Assembly: GCA_943348755.1 (NCBI GenBank)
Contig: CALQYS010000002.1
Span: forward strand, 18,227-82,226
DNA length: 64,000 nt
Direction: 5' to 3'
From: Candidatus Nomurabacteria bacterium
Lineage (GTDB): Bacteria; Patescibacteriota; Minisyncoccia; Phycocordibacterales; UBA9973
Part shown: positions 46,801 to 56,290 of the stretch, piece by piece
Numbering within the stretch: the first letter of the stretch is position 1
How the letters are laid out: every line of letters begins with the position of its first letter
Translations under genes and position numbers: made by a program
The notes under the pieces: model-generated
The model's input: the letters and a program-made list of their open reading frames with translations, nothing else
What the model was told of the DNA's origin: nothing
The model's database searches: none

Positions 46801-47313
46801 ATGGATAAGATAAAAATAAAAAACAAAAAAGAAAGTGGCTATACCGTATTGGAACTCATTTTTTATATTTCTTTTTTTGTTACCCTATCTGTTGTAGTAA
46901 TTAATGCGATGATAATAATGACTAGAGCATTCAGAGAGACTACATTACAAGCAGAACTTCTACAAAGTGGTTCAATTATGGAACGAATGTCGAGAGAGGT
47001 TAAACAGGCTTATGGGATAAGTTCAATCAGCGCAACTGATTTAAAACTTAACACTAAAGATAGTAATGGAGCAGATAAAACAGTCGAGTTTTTGCTTTCT
47101 GGTACAGATATTCGTCTTTTGGAAAACAGCACTTTAATAGGAAATTTGAATACACCGAATATCGTTGTTACAGCTTTATCTTTTACTCAAGTAACCGGGA
47201 CGGTAAGCAAAGCAGTAAAAATTATTCTTTCTGTCCGCTCAAATAATGATAGCCTAAGTCGTACCATTGATTTTTACGATACAATAGTTTTACGAGGCAG
47301 CTATAAAAATTAA
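46801..47313 (+). CDS. Minor pilin (PilW-like)
   Basis: SG-YTVLELI; MERMSREVK.A. Confidence 0.85.
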   Translation: MDKIKIKNKKESGYTVLELIFYISFFVTLSVVVINAMIIMTRAFRETTLQAELLQSGSIMERMSREVKQAYGISSISATDLKLNTKDSNGADKTVEFLLSGTDIRLLENSTLIGNLNTPNIVVTALSFTQVTGTVSKAVKIILSVRSNNDSLSRTIDFYDTIVLRGSYKN

Positions 47314-47316
47314 ATT

Positions 47317-49647
47317 ATGAAGATACTAAGTACAACATTGAAATCAAAAAAAATAAAAACAAACAATCAATCTGGGGCAGCAATGCTTACGTCTGTTATA
47401 TTTTTTCTTTTTATAACTCTTGCCATAATTTCCGGGCTTGTAGGGCCGACAGTAAGTGAGTTTAAAAGCGCTAGTTTCAATTTAAATTCTAAAAAGGCTT
47501 ATTTCCTAGCTGAGTCTGGGGGGGAAGATGCATTTTATAGGATAAAAAATAATATGACTATTTCGGACAACGAGAATCTTATTCTAGATTCTAATTCTGC
47601 AACAACTACAATTCTCGACGATGGGTTTGGTTCTAAAAGTCTTGTTTCGCTTGGAGATGTAAGTAGTTTACAAAGAAAGACAAGTATTACAATTCAAGCT
47701 GGAGCAGGATCCTCTTTTAACTATGGAGTGCAGGTGGGTGATGGAGGATTAATTCTAGAAAATAGTTCATCCGTATCGGGGAATGTTTACTCAAATGGTC
47801 CGGTTTCTGGTTCTGCCGGAGTTAATACCGGTAACGTAACTGCTCCATCTTTAGTGGGAAGTGTGACTGTGTCAAGAAATGTCTCACCCAACACAGCCAT
47901 TGATATTGCTATAAATGCTTCGGGTAAATATTTGTATGCTCTTAATGAGGGTTATTTTGAGATTATCGATATTAATAATCCAGCAAATCCTCAGAATATA
48001 AAATTAGTTAATTCTCAGTATTATTCAAATCCATATCACAATACTATCCGAGTATCTGGTAATTACCTATATATTACAAGTAGTAACGCCAATTATCTTG
48101 ATATATATGATATTACTGATCCGCTTAATCCTGTTTTAAAGCCCCATGTGCAAGTTGGGAGTGGATCTAGGGGGTTTTGTGTGGCAAATGGTTTTGCTTA
48201 TGTGCCAAACTACAACGACAGTACTTTGAGTGTGGTGAATGTAGCGAATCCTAATAATGCCAGTGTCGTAAGTACGCTCACGATTGGTGCTCGTCCAACC
48301 AGCTGTTTAGTAAAAGGGAATTATCTCTACGTTGTCTTAGAAGGGCCCGGTAATTATGGTTCTATCCAAGCTTTTAGTATAACAACGCCCTCAGCCCCGG
48401 TTTTTGTGGGGTCCACACCGGCAGGCACCCTTTCTACTTACACTTTTCCTCTTTATGGTGCTGGGCAATACCTATATTCTTTATCCTATTCACTTGGTGG
48501 TATGCAGGTTGAGAGTGTTACAAACCCAGCAAGTCCACAAGTGGTCTGGAGTACAGCTCCAAATTCTATTTATGAACCGGCTGCAATTACGGGCGCAGCT
48601 GGTTATCTTTATGTGGCAGTTTATAGCCCACATAATTCTAACCGTGCTATGGAAATCTGGAGCATCACTAATCCCAGCACCCCCTCCAAGGTAAACTCGA
48701 TATCTGTGTCGGCCTCTTTTGGTAACCCAAAAGCTATTGCGGTTTCTAATGGTTATGTCTTTCTTCTTAATTCAGTTAATAATGGTATCAGTAAGGTGGC
48801 TGTATATGGTATCGGTGGCGGTTCTGGTGGTAACTTGATCGCTGGGGATGTCGTCTCTGCAGGGGGGACAGGAAGTATGAGTAAAATCCATGCTACGGGT
48901 TCAGCTTATTCCCACACCATTACCGATTCTATAATTGACAAAAATGCCTATTATCAGACGATGTCTACTACTACTGTAGCCGGTACGACTTACCCAGGTA
49001 GTGTTGACCAATCCACTTCGACCATGCCCATCCCAGATAGTACGATTAGTCAGTGGGAAACAGATGCTGCTAATGCCAGTGTGATAAATTCTCCTTGCCC
49101 GTATACCATATCGGGCTCTTCGTCTGTCACTCTTGGACCAGTAAAAATTAATTGCGATCTTCAACTAAGCAATAGTGCTTCGTTGACTCTCTCGGGCAAT
49201 ATATGGGTAAACGGTAATGTAACACTTAGTAATAGTGGGACTATCCAAGTTGGATCTGGTATTTCAGGCAAGACAGTTGGAATTATTGCAGATAGTCCTA
49301 CGAACCACACCACCAACAGTAAAATTACTGTTTCCAACAGTACTAATTTTGCTGGTTCTGGTACAAACTCCTATGTTATGCTTGTTTCTCAAAATAATAG
49401 CGCAGAGACAGGGGGGAGTCAGATCGCTATTGATGCTCAAAATAGCATGACTGGTAAGGTACTCCTTTATGCTCCGCATGGCCAAGTTCATTTATCCAAT
49501 AGTTCTAGTATTAAAGAAGTTACTGGTTGGAAATTAATACTTTCAAACAGCGCTCAGGTGATTTATGAGACGGGTCTAGCCCATCTTTTATTTACTTCCG
49601 GACCAGCAGGCGGGTATGTTTTTGATAAATGGGGGGAAGCACAATAG
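47317..49647 (+). CDS. PilX-like large minor pilin with an internal LVIVD-type repeat region
   Basis: SG-AAML (no Glu5), A..LAESG.EDA; repeated G.Y.YV....L.I.DI.NP..P units. Confidence 0.8.
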   Translation: MKILSTTLKSKKIKTNNQSGAAMLTSVIFFLFITLAIISGLVGPTVSEFKSASFNLNSKKAYFLAESGGEDAFYRIKNNMTISDNENLILDSNSATTTILDDGFGSKSLVSLGDVSSLQRKTSITIQAGAGSSFNYGVQVGDGGLILENSSSVSGNVYSNGPVSGSAGVNTGNVTAPSLVGSVTVSRNVSPNTAIDIAINASGKYLYALNEGYFEIIDINNPANPQNIKLVNSQYYSNPYHNTIRVSGNYLYITSSNANYLDIYDITDPLNPVLKPHVQVGSGSRGFCVANGFAYVPNYNDSTLSVVNVANPNNASVVSTLTIGARPTSCLVKGNYLYVVLEGPGNYGSIQAFSITTPSAPVFVGSTPAGTLSTYTFPLYGAGQYLYSLSYSLGGMQVESVTNPASPQVVWSTAPNSIYEPAAITGAAGYLYVAVYSPHNSNRAMEIWSITNPSTPSKVNSISVSASFGNPKAIAVSNGYVFLLNSVNNGISKVAVYGIGGGSGGNLIAGDVVSAGGTGSMSKIHATGSAYSHTITDSIIDKNAYYQTMSTTTVAGTTYPGSVDQSTSTMPIPDSTISQWETDAANASVINSPCPYTISGSSSVTLGPVKINCDLQLSNSASLTLSGNIWVNGNVTLSNSGTIQVGSGISGKTVGIIADSPTNHTTNSKITVSNSTNFAGSGTNSYVMLVSQNNSAETGGSQIAIDAQNSMTGKVLLYAPHGQVHLSNSSSIKEVTGWKLILSNSAQVIYETGLAHLLFTSGPAGGYVFDKWGEAQ

Positions 49648-49697
49648 GGGATTTGTGAATTTTGGTTTTTGCTCTTTTAGAGTGCTATAATGCATTG

Positions 49698-50468
49698 ATG
49701 TTGAAAGTGAAGAAAATTATTGTGGGCAATTGGAAAATGAATCCGCTTACCCTAAAGGAGGCGGAGAAACTTTTTTTGGATGTGGCTAAAAATGTATCTT
49801 CTCTGAAAAAAACCGAAATTGTTATTTGTCCTCCATTCCCATATTTAGAAAAACTGAGGAAAATTTCTAAAAAAATAGTTCTAGGCGCTCAGGATGTCTT
49901 CTGGGAAGAGAAGGGTGCATTTACGGGCGGAGTGTCGGCCAAAATGCTCTATAATATAGGTGCTAGGTATGTAATATTGGGGCATTCAGAAAGGAGAGCC
50001 ATGGGAGAAAGTAATTTCGACATAAATAAAAAAATAAAGGCCTCACTGGAAGCTGATTTGATTCCAATACTTTGTGTCGGGGAAAACTTCCGGGATGAAA
50101 CCCATGCCTATTTTAATTCGGTAAAAACAGAATTAGAAGAATGTTTAGACGGAGTAAAAAAAGATTTTATTTCAAAAATTATAATTGCCTACGAGCCGGT
50201 CTGGGCAATTTCTAGTACTCTTAATCATCACAGTGCCACTTCCGATGATTGCCAAGAGATGAATATATTTATTCGCAAAGTTCTTGCCGACAAATTTGGA
50301 GTAAAAATAAAAATGCCCCGTATCTTATATGGTGGGTCGGTGGATGATAAAGATGCGGGGGATTTTATTAAAAATGGCGGAATTGACGGGGTCTTGGTGG
50401 GCCATGCAAGTTTAGATGCATTAAAATTTTCTAAAATTGTAAAAATATGCGAGGCATTGAACAAATAG
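49698..50468 (+). CDS. tpiA: Triosephosphate isomerase
   Basis: GNWKMN, GHSERR, AYEPVWAI, YGGSV, LVG.ASL. Confidence 0.96.
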   Translation: MLKVKKIIVGNWKMNPLTLKEAEKLFLDVAKNVSSLKKTEIVICPPFPYLEKLRKISKKIVLGAQDVFWEEKGAFTGGVSAKMLYNIGARYVILGHSERRAMGESNFDINKKIKASLEADLIPILCVGENFRDETHAYFNSVKTELEECLDGVKKDFISKIIIAYEPVWAISSTLNHHSATSDDCQEMNIFIRKVLADKFGVKIKMPRILYGGSVDDKDAGDFIKNGGIDGVLVGHASLDALKFSKIVKICEALNK

Positions 50469-51511
50469 AAGATCTAAAAGGTAAGACTGTTATTGTGCGG
50501 GTGGATTTCAATGTCCCCATAAAGAATGGCGCAGTTTCCGATGATTTTCGGATTAGAGCTGCGTTGCCTACGATTAATTTCTTACTTGAAAAAGGCGCCA
50601 AGTTGCTTTTAGTTACACATCTTGGCAAAGATGGGAGAGATCGTCTCGATCCTGTCATTAAATGTTTTTTTGCAATTTCTAAAATTGCTGAAAATAGGGT
50701 TACTTTTTTTGAAAATATCAGGAAATTCCCAGGTGAAATAAATAATGACCCAACTTTTGCCAAAGAGCTTTCCACGAAAGGGGATATATATGTTAATGAT
50801 GCTTTCTCTGTTTCACATAGAGAGCACGCTTCTGTTGTTTTGTTGCCGAAACTTCTACCATCTTATGCCGGTTTCCAATTGACTAAAGAGGTAGAGAATT
50901 TATCTCGTGCTTTTAAAAGCCCTGAGCACCCATTTTTGTTTATTTTAGGAGGTGCTAAATTTTCTACCAAAATGCCCCTGATTGAGAAATACTTGAAATT
51001 GGCTGATCATGTTTTTGTAGGAGGAGCGCTGGCGAATGATTTTTTGAAAGCAAAAGGTTGTGAAGTGGGTAAGTCTTTAGTCGATGCCACTAACTATGGT
51101 ATTGAAACAATATTGGAAAACAAAAAACTGATTTTACCAGTCGATGTTTTGGTTCAGTCAGAAGGGTTATTGATAAATAAAAAAGTAGAAGAAGTGGGCA
51201 AAGATGACGTTATTTTGGATATAGGCAATCGATCAGTGGAAAATCTGGCTTTGCTCATAGGAAAGTCCAAACTTGTTCTCTGGAACGGTCCGCTTGGAAA
51301 ATATGAAGATGGTGGAGATAAATCTACCCAAAAAGTGCTCGAATTAGTTGCAAAGTCCAAAGCTGAAAGCATTATCGGCGGAGGGGACACTGTTTCCCTT
51401 ATTTCCGAGATGAAAATGGAAGAAAGGTTTTCTTTTGTGTCGACGGGCGGAGGAGCAACTTTGGATTTCCTTGCTAACGGGACGCTGCCTGGCATCAAAG
51501 CGCTTGAATGA
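50447..51511 (+). CDS. pgk: Phosphoglycerate kinase (short form)
   Basis: RVDFNVP, VNDAF..SHR.HAS, GGAK, WNGPLG, GGGDT, STGGGA. Confidence 0.95.
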   Translation: MRGIEQIEDLKGKTVIVRVDFNVPIKNGAVSDDFRIRAALPTINFLLEKGAKLLLVTHLGKDGRDRLDPVIKCFFAISKIAENRVTFFENIRKFPGEINNDPTFAKELSTKGDIYVNDAFSVSHREHASVVLLPKLLPSYAGFQLTKEVENLSRAFKSPEHPFLFILGGAKFSTKMPLIEKYLKLADHVFVGGALANDFLKAKGCEVGKSLVDATNYGIETILENKKLILPVDVLVQSEGLLINKKVEEVGKDDVILDIGNRSVENLALLIGKSKLVLWNGPLGKYEDGGDKSTQKVLELVAKSKAESIIGGGDTVSLISEMKMEERFSFVSTGGGATLDFLANGTLPGIKALE

Positions 51512-51905
51512 TTTTTTGCACTACCAATTCTTTTTCTCCTTCTTTATAAGGTCTCTTGCTATGCCATGGACCAAAGCCGTCATTGGCGATCCTCGGAATC
51601 ACATGTATATGTGAATGGAAAACCACTTGTCCTGCGGCCGGGTCGTTATTCATATTCACGTTTATCCCGTCTGCTTGTAGTCCGTTTTTGATGGCATGGG
51701 AAATTTTTTTCACCGCTTTCATCATTTCTATCAATATATCTTCAGGAGTCTCATATATATTTACGTAATGCTTTTTGGGTACAACCAAAGAGTGTCCTAT
51801 ATTTACCGGAGAAATATCCAGGAATGCTAGGACATTTTTATCTTCGTAAACTTTATTACAAGGTATTTCACCTTTTACTATTTTGCAGAATATACAGTCG
51901 TTCAT
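51495..51905 (-). CDS. HIT-family hydrolase
   Basis: CIFCKI, GQVVFHSHIHVIPR; start at ATG 51905. Confidence 0.93.
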   Translation of the reverse strand: MNDCIFCKIVKGEIPCNKVYEDKNVLAFLDISPVNIGHSLVVPKKHYVNIYETPEDILIEMMKAVKKISHAIKNGLQADGINVNMNNDPAAGQVVFHSHIHVIPRIANDGFGPWHSKRPYKEGEKELVVQKIIQAL

Positions 51906-52004
51906 AGAAAGTTTAGCAAAATCAAAGCTTTTCAAGGTCCTCGGTTCTCCGGGGCCCCTCACCCCGGCCAGACCATTTAAAAACTTTATTTTGCAGAACT
52001 TTCT
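51906..52004. repeat. Fold-back element G between hit and recJ
   Basis: AGAAAGTT..GCAAAAT-C-AAAGCTTTT / AAAAACTTT-ATTTTGC..AACTTTCT with the same bulged C as copies A, C and D; inner GGTC/GACC and CCGGGG/CCCCGG. Confidence 0.75.
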
Positions 52005-52028
52005 TTATTATATGCTAAAATTCTAGTT

Positions 52029-53681
52029 ATGCAAAAGTATGGCGAATTATTGCGGACTCTTCTCGAAAAGAGGGGAATTGTGGATGAAACACAGGCAGAA
52101 ATCTTTTTAAATCCAAGCTATAAAAGAGATTTACACGATCCCTTTTTAATGCGGGATATGGAAAAAGCCTGCGTGCGATTATATGAAGCCATAGAAAACA
52201 ACGAAAAAATAGTAGTCTATGCCGACTATGATTGTGATGGAATACCCGGGGCGGTGGTTCTGAGTGATCTCTTAAAATTAATAAATTACAAGAATTACGA
52301 AGTTTATATTCCACAGCGAAATTCTGAAGGCTATGGGCTTAATCTGGATGCTATTAAAAAATTTGCCAATTCGAGCGTCAAACTTATTATCACCATTGAC
52401 CTAGGCATCACGGCGGTGGCGGAGGTCGCTCAGGCGAAGGTTGATGGTATTGATGTAATAATTACTGACCATCATATACCTCCAGAAGCTTTACCTAGAG
52501 CTTATGCCATTTTGAATCCAAAAACAGATAATTACCCCGAAAGAATGCTCTGTGGCGCGGGAGTTGTTTTTAAATTAGTCCAAGGGTTTCTGAAGAAGTA
52601 CGGACAGTATTTTAAAGTTCCAGAGGGTGCGGAAAAATGGATGCTGGATATGGCGGGTTTGGCGACTCTCTCTGACATGGTTCCGCTCACAGGGGAGAAT
52701 CGAGCGATAGCATATTTCGGTATGAAAGTTTTTAAGAAATCTCCTCGCCCTGGTTTGCAAAAATTACTCGCCAAGATGAATATAGATCAGAGATACATTT
52801 CTGAAGACGACATAGGCTTTATGGTCACCCCCAGACTAAACGCTGCATCACGCATGGATGACCCGATGAGAGCTTTTGAGCTTCTTTCTACCGAAGATGT
52901 GGTGGAGGGTGGAAGGCTGGCAGACCATTTATCTAAAATTAATGATGAAAGGAAGAGTATAGTCACGGGCATCATGCGTGATGTGCATAAAAATTTTGAA
53001 AAACGTCAGATAGGTGAAGTAATCGTGGTGGGGAATTCTGGTTGGCGAGTGGGGGTACTGGGGTTAGTGGCTGGGAAAATATCTGATCAATACAAAAAGC
53101 CAGTTTTTGTCTGGGGCAAGGATGAAAATGATTGCATTAAAGGGTCTTGTCGAAGCGATGGCTCGGTTTCTGTGGTGGAACTTATGACTGCGACCCGAGA
53201 ATCATTCATAGATTTCGGTGGGCACGAGCTGGCCGGAGGATTCACTGTACATGATGAGAAAATTCATTTCTTGGAAGAGGCACTTTCTGCGACTTTTAAT
53301 AAAATAAAAAGACCAAAAAAGGATAATGTAATGAATCACGATGTGAAATCAGTTTTAGATGTAGTAAGTATGAAGAATTGGCAGGAAATAGAGAAGATGA
53401 GTCCTTTTGGATTCAGTAATCCAAAACCAGTTTTTCTTTTCGAGGGTGCAAAGGTGGAAAAAATTAAAAAATTCGGCAAAAATGGCTCTGGAGAACATTT
53501 AGAAATAGTTTTTTCTGACTCAAGTAGAGCGCAACCAAAGGCTGTGTCCTTTTTTTCGAGTGTGGATTCATTTAAACAGCCTCTTTCAGAAGGACTTCCT
53601 GTAAACTTGCTTGCCACTTTTGATTTATCACGTTTCCGAGGTAAAGAAGAGCTCCGACTTCGAGTGGAAGATATTTTTTGA
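52029..53681 (+). CDS. recJ: ssDNA exonuclease RecJ
   Basis: DYDCDG, TDHH, PRLNAASR, GGHELAGG, PFG..NPKP. Confidence 0.95.
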   Translation: MQKYGELLRTLLEKRGIVDETQAEIFLNPSYKRDLHDPFLMRDMEKACVRLYEAIENNEKIVVYADYDCDGIPGAVVLSDLLKLINYKNYEVYIPQRNSEGYGLNLDAIKKFANSSVKLIITIDLGITAVAEVAQAKVDGIDVIITDHHIPPEALPRAYAILNPKTDNYPERMLCGAGVVFKLVQGFLKKYGQYFKVPEGAEKWMLDMAGLATLSDMVPLTGENRAIAYFGMKVFKKSPRPGLQKLLAKMNIDQRYISEDDIGFMVTPRLNAASRMDDPMRAFELLSTEDVVEGGRLADHLSKINDERKSIVTGIMRDVHKNFEKRQIGEVIVVGNSGWRVGVLGLVAGKISDQYKKPVFVWGKDENDCIKGSCRSDGSVSVVELMTATRESFIDFGGHELAGGFTVHDEKIHFLEEALSATFNKIKRPKKDNVMNHDVKSVLDVVSMKNWQEIEKMSPFGFSNPKPVFLFEGAKVEKIKKFGKNGSGEHLEIVFSDSSRAQPKAVSFFSSVDSFKQPLSEGLPVNLLATFDLSRFRGKEELRLRVEDIF

Positions 53682-53703
53682 TACTAATGATAGAATGAAA
53701 CCC

Positions 53704-54171
53704 ATGTCAGATAAAAAAGTCGTTATTTATACAGACGGTGCAGCGAAGGGGAATCCGGGTAAGGCTGGCTGGGGGGCGGTTTTTTTAATAGGGGATCAGG
53801 TGAAAGAGATTGGTGGAGGTTTGGAACATGCTACAAACAATCAGATGGAGCTGACAGCGCCGATAGAGGCTCTAAAATACGTTAAAAAGAACAACCTTGG
53901 TTCTTCTATTGAATTTTTTTCTGATTCCAAATATGTGATATTGGGTATCACAGAATGGATATTTAATTGGCAGAAAAATAATTGGAGGAACGCCGCTAAA
54001 AAGCCTGTGGTGAATCGTGAGCTTTGGGAAGAACTTTATGCGCTGACCCAAGAATTGAAACCAAAGTGGACTTATGTCAAAGGACACAATGAAAACAAAT
54101 ACAACGACCGTGCAGACCTTATAGCTACCAGTTTCGCAGAAGGCGAGCCAGTGGAGTTAAAGAATAAATAA
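53704..54171 (+). CDS. rnhA: Ribonuclease HI
   Basis: YTDGA..GNPG.AGWG, TNNQMEL, DSKYV, VKGH, N.RAD. Confidence 0.95.
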   Translation: MSDKKVVIYTDGAAKGNPGKAGWGAVFLIGDQVKEIGGGLEHATNNQMELTAPIEALKYVKKNNLGSSIEFFSDSKYVILGITEWIFNWQKNNWRNAAKKPVVNRELWEELYALTQELKPKWTYVKGHNENKYNDRADLIATSFAEGEPVELKNK

Positions 54172-54188
54172 TTTTGATATAATTTCTA

Positions 54189-55676
54189 ATGCAGGATAGA
54201 ATTTTCTATTCAATTTGTTTTGGTTTTATTTTCGGAGTATTTTTGCGGTCTTTTGTTTTCATAAATTTATATTTATCTCTACTTGTTTTACTGTTAGCCG
54301 TAGCTTTGCTCTTCTACTTTATTTTATTAAAGAACTTTAGTTTTATAAAGTATCGGTGGGATGTAATATCAGCAGCTTTTGTTTTAGCTTTTTGTCTCGG
54401 GGTTTTGAGGTTTCATATCGTGGATGTTCCAGCGCCGCAGGTTTTTGAATCGAAGGTAGATCAAAAGATCTCTTTGACTGGGGAAATTATTGATGAGCCG
54501 ACTTTGGGTGAAAATAATCAAAGATTAACAGTTCAGATTAAAGAGGGTGATGCTAAGACAAAAGTTTTAGTTTCGACTGCTTTTGGTGAGGATTATAGAT
54601 ATGGCGATGAGATAAATTTCACCGGAGAATTAGCAAAACCGGAGAATTTTATTACTGATCAGGGAAAAGAATTTGATTATGTAAATTATTTACGCAAGGA
54701 TGGGGTGCTGTATGTCATGGGTTATCCAGAGATTGAAATTGTTTCGAGAGGAAATGGAAATTTTGTAAAAAGCACCCTATTTTCTCTCAAAGAAAAGTTT
54801 CTGGAGAAAATAAATCTAGCAATTGAAGAACCAGAGGCACTTCTTATGGGTGGACTTATATTGGGAGAAAAATCGTCTTTTAATCAAGCGCTTCGAGATA
54901 GTTTCGTGAATACTGGCACAATACATATAGTTGCCCTTTCTGGATACAACGTGACAATTGTCGCCGAATGGTTTATGAAGTTATTTGCCTTTTTGCCTAT
55001 GAATCTGGGCATCGGGATGGGTATTTTCGCTATTCTGCTATTTATCTTAATGACTGGGGCAAGTTCTACCGCTATACGTGCAGGTATTATGGCCATATTG
55101 GTGCTCGTTGCTCGGGCGACAGGCAGAAACTATGACGTGGCCCGAGCGCTTGTGCTTGCAGGTGTGTTTATGATCATGCTGAATCCTTTTGTGCTTGTTT
55201 ACGATGTCTCCTTTCAGCTTTCATTCATCGCTACTATCGCCGTGATATTTTTCACTCCGCGAATTGAGAAATATTTCATGTGGGTGCCGGAGCGTTTTGG
55301 CTTTCGAGACATTATATCTGTCACTTCTGCTGCCTACATCTTTGTCCTTCCTTTCATTCTCTATAAAATGGGTAATTTATCGCTCGTTGCCTTACCAGCC
55401 AACATTCTTGTCTTGCCTTTTATTCCTTTTACGATGGTTCTCGGTTTCCTGACTGGTTTCGTCGGGCTTATTTCTTACATCCTCGCTGTGCCGTTTGGAT
55501 TTATTTCTTACCTCTTCCTGCACTACGAGCTCGCAGTGATAAACTTCTTTGCAAATCTACCCTTTGCAGTTTTTTCTTTTCCAGATTTCCCTTTAGTTCT
55601 GACAATTTTAATTTATACTTATTTTGTTTATAGACTTTTTGGGAGGAATATAAAGAGTTTTATTTTGCCTCAATAA
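54189..55676 (+). CDS. comEC: ComEC/Rec2 competence channel (OB and competence domains)
   Basis: HIVALSGYNV, AIRAGIMA, NP..L.YD.SFQLSF. Confidence 0.92.
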   Translation: MQDRIFYSICFGFIFGVFLRSFVFINLYLSLLVLLLAVALLFYFILLKNFSFIKYRWDVISAAFVLAFCLGVLRFHIVDVPAPQVFESKVDQKISLTGEIIDEPTLGENNQRLTVQIKEGDAKTKVLVSTAFGEDYRYGDEINFTGELAKPENFITDQGKEFDYVNYLRKDGVLYVMGYPEIEIVSRGNGNFVKSTLFSLKEKFLEKINLAIEEPEALLMGGLILGEKSSFNQALRDSFVNTGTIHIVALSGYNVTIVAEWFMKLFAFLPMNLGIGMGIFAILLFILMTGASSTAIRAGIMAILVLVARATGRNYDVARALVLAGVFMIMLNPFVLVYDVSFQLSFIATIAVIFFTPRIEKYFMWVPERFGFRDIISVTSAAYIFVLPFILYKMGNLSLVALPANILVLPFIPFTMVLGFLTGFVGLISYILAVPFGFISYLFLHYELAVINFFANLPFAVFSFPDFPLVLTILIYTYFVYRLFGRNIKSFILPQ

Positions 55677-56274
55677 AATTTTTCTCGATTACTTCCCAAT
55701 TTAGATTCTCAAAAAAGGCCTCCACATATTTTTTCTTTTCAGAAGTAGGGTAGTCATAGACGAAAGCATGTTCCCACATATCAATACCAAGGATCCACGG
55801 TACTCCGTTTAATTGGCCCAAATGTTGTTCATCTATCCATATGTGCACAAACTGTTCTGTTTTTTTATCATACCCTAAGACTGCCCAGCCGACTCCGCGT
55901 GTCATTGCCAGTAGTTTAAAACTAGACAACCATAAATCAAAAGAGGGCGCTTGCCCCGCCGTTTGCGGGGTGAATTTTTCTATAGCGGCTTTTAATTTTG
56001 AATCTTTTGATAAAGCTTTTGCTCCACTTTCTAAGGACTTAAAATAATATTCATGATTTCGAATTCCATTAAACTCAAAACTGAATCTTCTTTGTAATTC
56101 TCCCAAGACAAACATATTTTTCTCTGGATCTGCCATTAACTCTCCGATTTTATCAATAATCAAGTTAGAATTTTTTACATATCCCGCGTAAAGCTTCAGG
56201 TGTTCCTCGATGTTTTTCGCTGAGATTCCTTTTAAAGCCCCAATATTAAATTTTACTTCTTCAAATTTCTTCAT
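55660..56274 (-). CDS. Fe/Mn superoxide dismutase family protein
   Basis: H...Y.GYV, NG..NH..YF, G.GWA.L, DMWEHAF. Confidence 0.88.
   Translation of the reverse strand: MKKFEEVKFNIGALKGISAKNIEEHLKLYAGYVKNSNLIIDKIGELMADPEKNMFVLGELQRRFSFEFNGIRNHEYYFKSLESGAKALSKDSKLKAAIEKFTPQTAGQAPSFDLWLSSFKLLAMTRGVGWAVLGYDKKTEQFVHIWIDEQHLGQLNGVPWILGIDMWEHAFVYDYPTSEKKKYVEAFFENLNWEVIEKNFIEAK
55950..55974. repeat. Palindromic element inserted in frame in sod (FTPQTAGQ)
   Basis: TTGCCCCGC-CGTTT-GCGGGGTGA hairpin; CTTGCCCCGCCGT recurs in intergenic DNA at 19633-19645. Confidence 0.6.
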
Positions 56275-56290
56275 ATGTTAGTATTGTACC

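Noticed and set aside
50447-51511. Short pgk as a pseudogene
   Set aside because: All main catalytic motifs are present in one uninterrupted frame; the shortening is an internal loop deletion.
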